Below are positions 61,083-64,000 of a stretch of DNA of 64,000 nucleotides, one piece after another. Source of the stretch: Oculina patagonica (Eukaryota); assembly GCF_052425735.1 (NCBI RefSeq), contig NC_135771.1, forward strand, positions 1,550,001-1,614,000, in the 5' to 3' direction. A program made the position numbers and the translations under genes. How positions within the stretch are numbered: position 1 is the stretch's first letter; each line of letters opens with the position of its first letter. The notes below the pieces were generated by a model. That model had not been told where the DNA came from and made no database searches. It worked only from the letters and a program-made list of their open reading frames with translations.

Positions 61083-61291
61083 GAAAGTTTCGTAAAGAAT
61101 AAGCCTTCCAAACCCTTGATAAAGGTTAGTTTTGTCTATAAACTGGAATTCGAAAAGTTGAAGTTTAATAGAAAACCACACAAAGACAAAAAACACAAAC
61201 AAAAACATCTTTAAATAATTTGAATACCCAAAATTTTAAAGAAGTTTCCTGAACAAGGGTAATCAGTAAGACGAATGATCCGTCTAGAATA

Positions 61292-61708
61292 CCCGGGGGG
61301 GGGGTACTCCCTATAATGGCCTATACGGGGAGGCTCCGCCCGAAAGGGGTACCTTTTAAGGCTCCAGGTATATAAAAGGGTAGGGATTTCACAAATTTAG
61401 GTATATGAAAGGGTATGAAACTGCGATAATGATATTTTAAAAGGCCGTTACATTAAATATTTCGAGCAGACGCAACTTTTGGCTGTATCATCTTAATTTA
61501 TTAAGCGCTACATAAAAATGACAAGAAAACTTTCCGTCTTTGGTAAATGTGATGAAGTGTAGGTATATGAAAGGGGTGCCTTTTTGCAATAAAAGGTATA
61601 CAAAAGGGGTACCTTTTCTATCAAAATAGTATATAAAAGGGTAAGGGGTTGGACTCCGGGCGGAGCCTCCCCGTACAAAACTTTTTCGAGTACCCCCCCC
61701 CCCCCCCG
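61292..61708. mobile_element. Non-autonomous DNA element with 8-bp TSD
   Basis: CTAGAATA|CCCGGGGGGGGGGTACTC ... GAGTACCCCCC..CG|CTAGAATA. Confidence 0.85.
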
Positions 61709-62083
61709 CTAGAATAGCCAGTGATGACCTTCAGTAAGTGGGCGCCCCGATCATCCAGAACCTGGACTACGAGGGACCCACTCTCGAAAATAATTGTTCT
61801 CGGCCCTGCAGACCTTGTTTTGCCTAAAAAATAAGGTGGGGATTCAGGCCCCTACCCTAAATCCGCCACTGAAAGTATCGTCCAGATCCTAAAAAGGGTT
61901 TCAGGTCTACAACACCTTTTCAGCCAAAACTAGATAACTTTTTTGATAGAGCGCGTTAAACGATACATTAGTTTATGAAGACCCTGGAAATGAGTTTGGT
62001 AAAATGTAGGCACGTTCACATATTATGTTGCTAAGAAACTTTCGCACGATGTCAGTTAAGGTGAATTTTCACTGACGCGTTTT

Positions 62084-62340
62084 ACGCTGCAAAATGTAAT
62101 AATGGCCGCAAAATGTAATACTAACGCAAAATGTAATAACAATCGCCGCAAAATGAATAATAACGCGAAATGTAATAACAATCGCCGCAAAATGTAATAA
62201 TAACGCAAAATGTAATAAAATGGACGCAAAATGTAATTAAGTTGTTAACTCAAATGTAATATATCATTTTAACGCAAAATGTAAAAAATTTTCTAACGCA
62301 TAATGTAATAACGCAAAAAGTAAAATGTAATAACGCTAAA
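62084..62340. repeat. Array of CGCAAAATGTAATAA repeats, probably the subterminal region of a DNA element
   Basis: About 12 degenerate copies read directly. Confidence 0.75.
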
Positions 62341-62408
62341 ATAACATGGCGGTCTCATAACTTCATTGGATTGCACTCAATAATTTACCTCGTGTAAGTT
62401 TATAAGGA

Positions 62409-62770
62409 CAGAGATTCCAACCCTCCCGATTTGATCGGGAGTCTCCCGATTGATGCGTTGCCTCCCGCTCTCCCGATTTATATCAGATTCTCCCGATTTA
62501 TCAGAATCTGAAAACAAGAGAAAAATTTTTTTAGTACTTTTTGCGGTCTGAGTGTAGCAAAAGTAGAGAAAAGTACCAAAAATGTTTGTGAAAATAATAA
62601 AGACCTTATAGAATAACTCAGAAATGATGTCAAAATGCCGGAAATGGCACTTGAGAGAACCTAAATTTGCAAAATTTCCCCGTAGAACATGCTTCTAAAC
62701 CCCCCTAGAGGCGCACACCTTTAGCGCTAAAAATACTCCCTTTTTCCTTCAAAAAGGGTTGGAATCTCTG
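62409..62770. mobile_element. hAT-like MITE
   Basis: Perfect 15-bp TIR CAGAGATTCCAACCC; TAAGGA on both flanks; CTCCCGAT subrepeats. Confidence 0.8.
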
Positions 62771-64000
62771 TAAGGACCAAATGAAAACTGCCCCTCCCAG
62801 ACCTATTTCTTTCTAGAATTTACCTTGTTGAAGTCAGGGAGGAATAAGGGAGGAGATGGATCCTTGACTCTTGCCTGTTTATAGGCTGGGTATGTCTTGA
62901 CATTAAGCAAAGAACCTAGTGTGTTTTAAAACAATAGGCAAAAACTATAGCCTCTTAGCATATGATACAAGTGTAAACAGATAGGGGTGGATTTAGCTGC
63001 GGCTAATACGCCCACTCCCCAAAAATCTGTCATAATAGAAAACAATTGTAAATGGTCTTCGTTCTCAAAAGTATGCCATTTTTGTCACCTACTAAAACTT
63101 GAACTTTAAGGCGTGCCTATGTTTTAATTTATTATCACATTAGATAATTATTGCTCACAGTTATTAATCTCCTTCGCACCAATGCTTTTCAAGAGAACTT
63201 TTTCTTTCACTATGCAGCCAAAACCGCGCATGCGTTAGCAAATGAAAAGGGCGCGCATTGTAGACGATGACTGTATTGGCTTTCAAGAACATGGACATGC
63301 GACATAGGCAAGACTCCTTGAACTGCGTTTTGAAGAAAGGTGTGATTTGCGCCGATAAAAAGGAGAAATCTTTACCCGCCCGATGGTACACGTTCGTTGC
63401 AGCCTGCATGTGTACCCCCGCCCCTCCCTCCCTCTGTTGGCTCTCTGACTGGATCACAGATGCCAAATGATGCCAGGGGCGCATTGCTAACTGCAAAATA
63501 TCGTATGTGCCGTGTAGAGATGTGGTAATAAAGGGTAAGCTAAGCGCTGAACTGCACACCAGCTATTAGAAAGACAGAGAGGGAGAGAGAGAGAAATCTC
63601 AATGTCAGGTGCTCAACCAACTGAGCTATATCAAGCCATGGGTCATAAATTTAAAATAATTTAGAATGGAAAGCCCCTAGCTCGTCACAATGTTGAGCTT
63701 GGGGTTTGAAGCAAGGTTTGACAGTCTAATAGAACATATTGTAAAACGAAGGGGAGAGCCCTGGAGGAAGAAATTTGGAATTGATGAACATTTTAATTTT
63801 ATAAGAGGTAAGGGTAGAAATATCTCAAGAGTTTTGCCCGCAACTGTATATGCTTAACCGCCACATGATTCCCCGATCAACAAACAAGTCACTACTTTGC
63901 TATATGCTATTTTTTCTATCCGACATTTCTTTGTTTATTTTTTCATGCAGTGTGGTACTTCTAGGCGAAGAAATATACGAACAATCGTCAGAACCGTGAA

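Noticed and set aside
63164-63559. 131-aa minus-strand ORF
   Set aside because: No recognisable domain and a non-ATG start; probably a repeat fragment.

Overview
AT-rich, intron-containing animal DNA, most likely from a stony coral of the robust clade. That is an inference from a spliced, fungal-type ATP phosphoribosyltransferase gene and the repeat families present. Host genes reconstructed by hand from splice sites: (1) the 5' end of a Lys-rich protein, possibly PUM3, on the minus strand, head-to-head with (2) a 6-exon AK3; (3) a single-coding-exon Golgi carbohydrate sulfotransferase; (4) a 15-exon ALG6 with a U12-type intron; (5) a 16-exon HIS1/hisG on the minus strand; (6) an intronless WD40+SOCS-box gene. 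The most striking structure is a 5.25-kb, TSD-flanked palindromic insertion of two identical, intact Penelope-like elements (RT + GIY-YIG) carrying three minimal hammerhead ribozymes. About 7 kb upstream, a ~260-bp tandem element containing a full tRNA-like cloverleaf has the same insertion architecture (tandem units, inverted end, junction stutter, 12-bp TSD). This suggests a non-autonomous, tRNA-bearing passenger of Penelope RT. The rest is dense with MITEs, SINEs, a CACTA element nested in a MULE-like element, and an internally deleted LINE whose deletion junction carries a locally templated patch. Most short ORFs in the supplied track are spurious. All calls are by eye; no searches were run.
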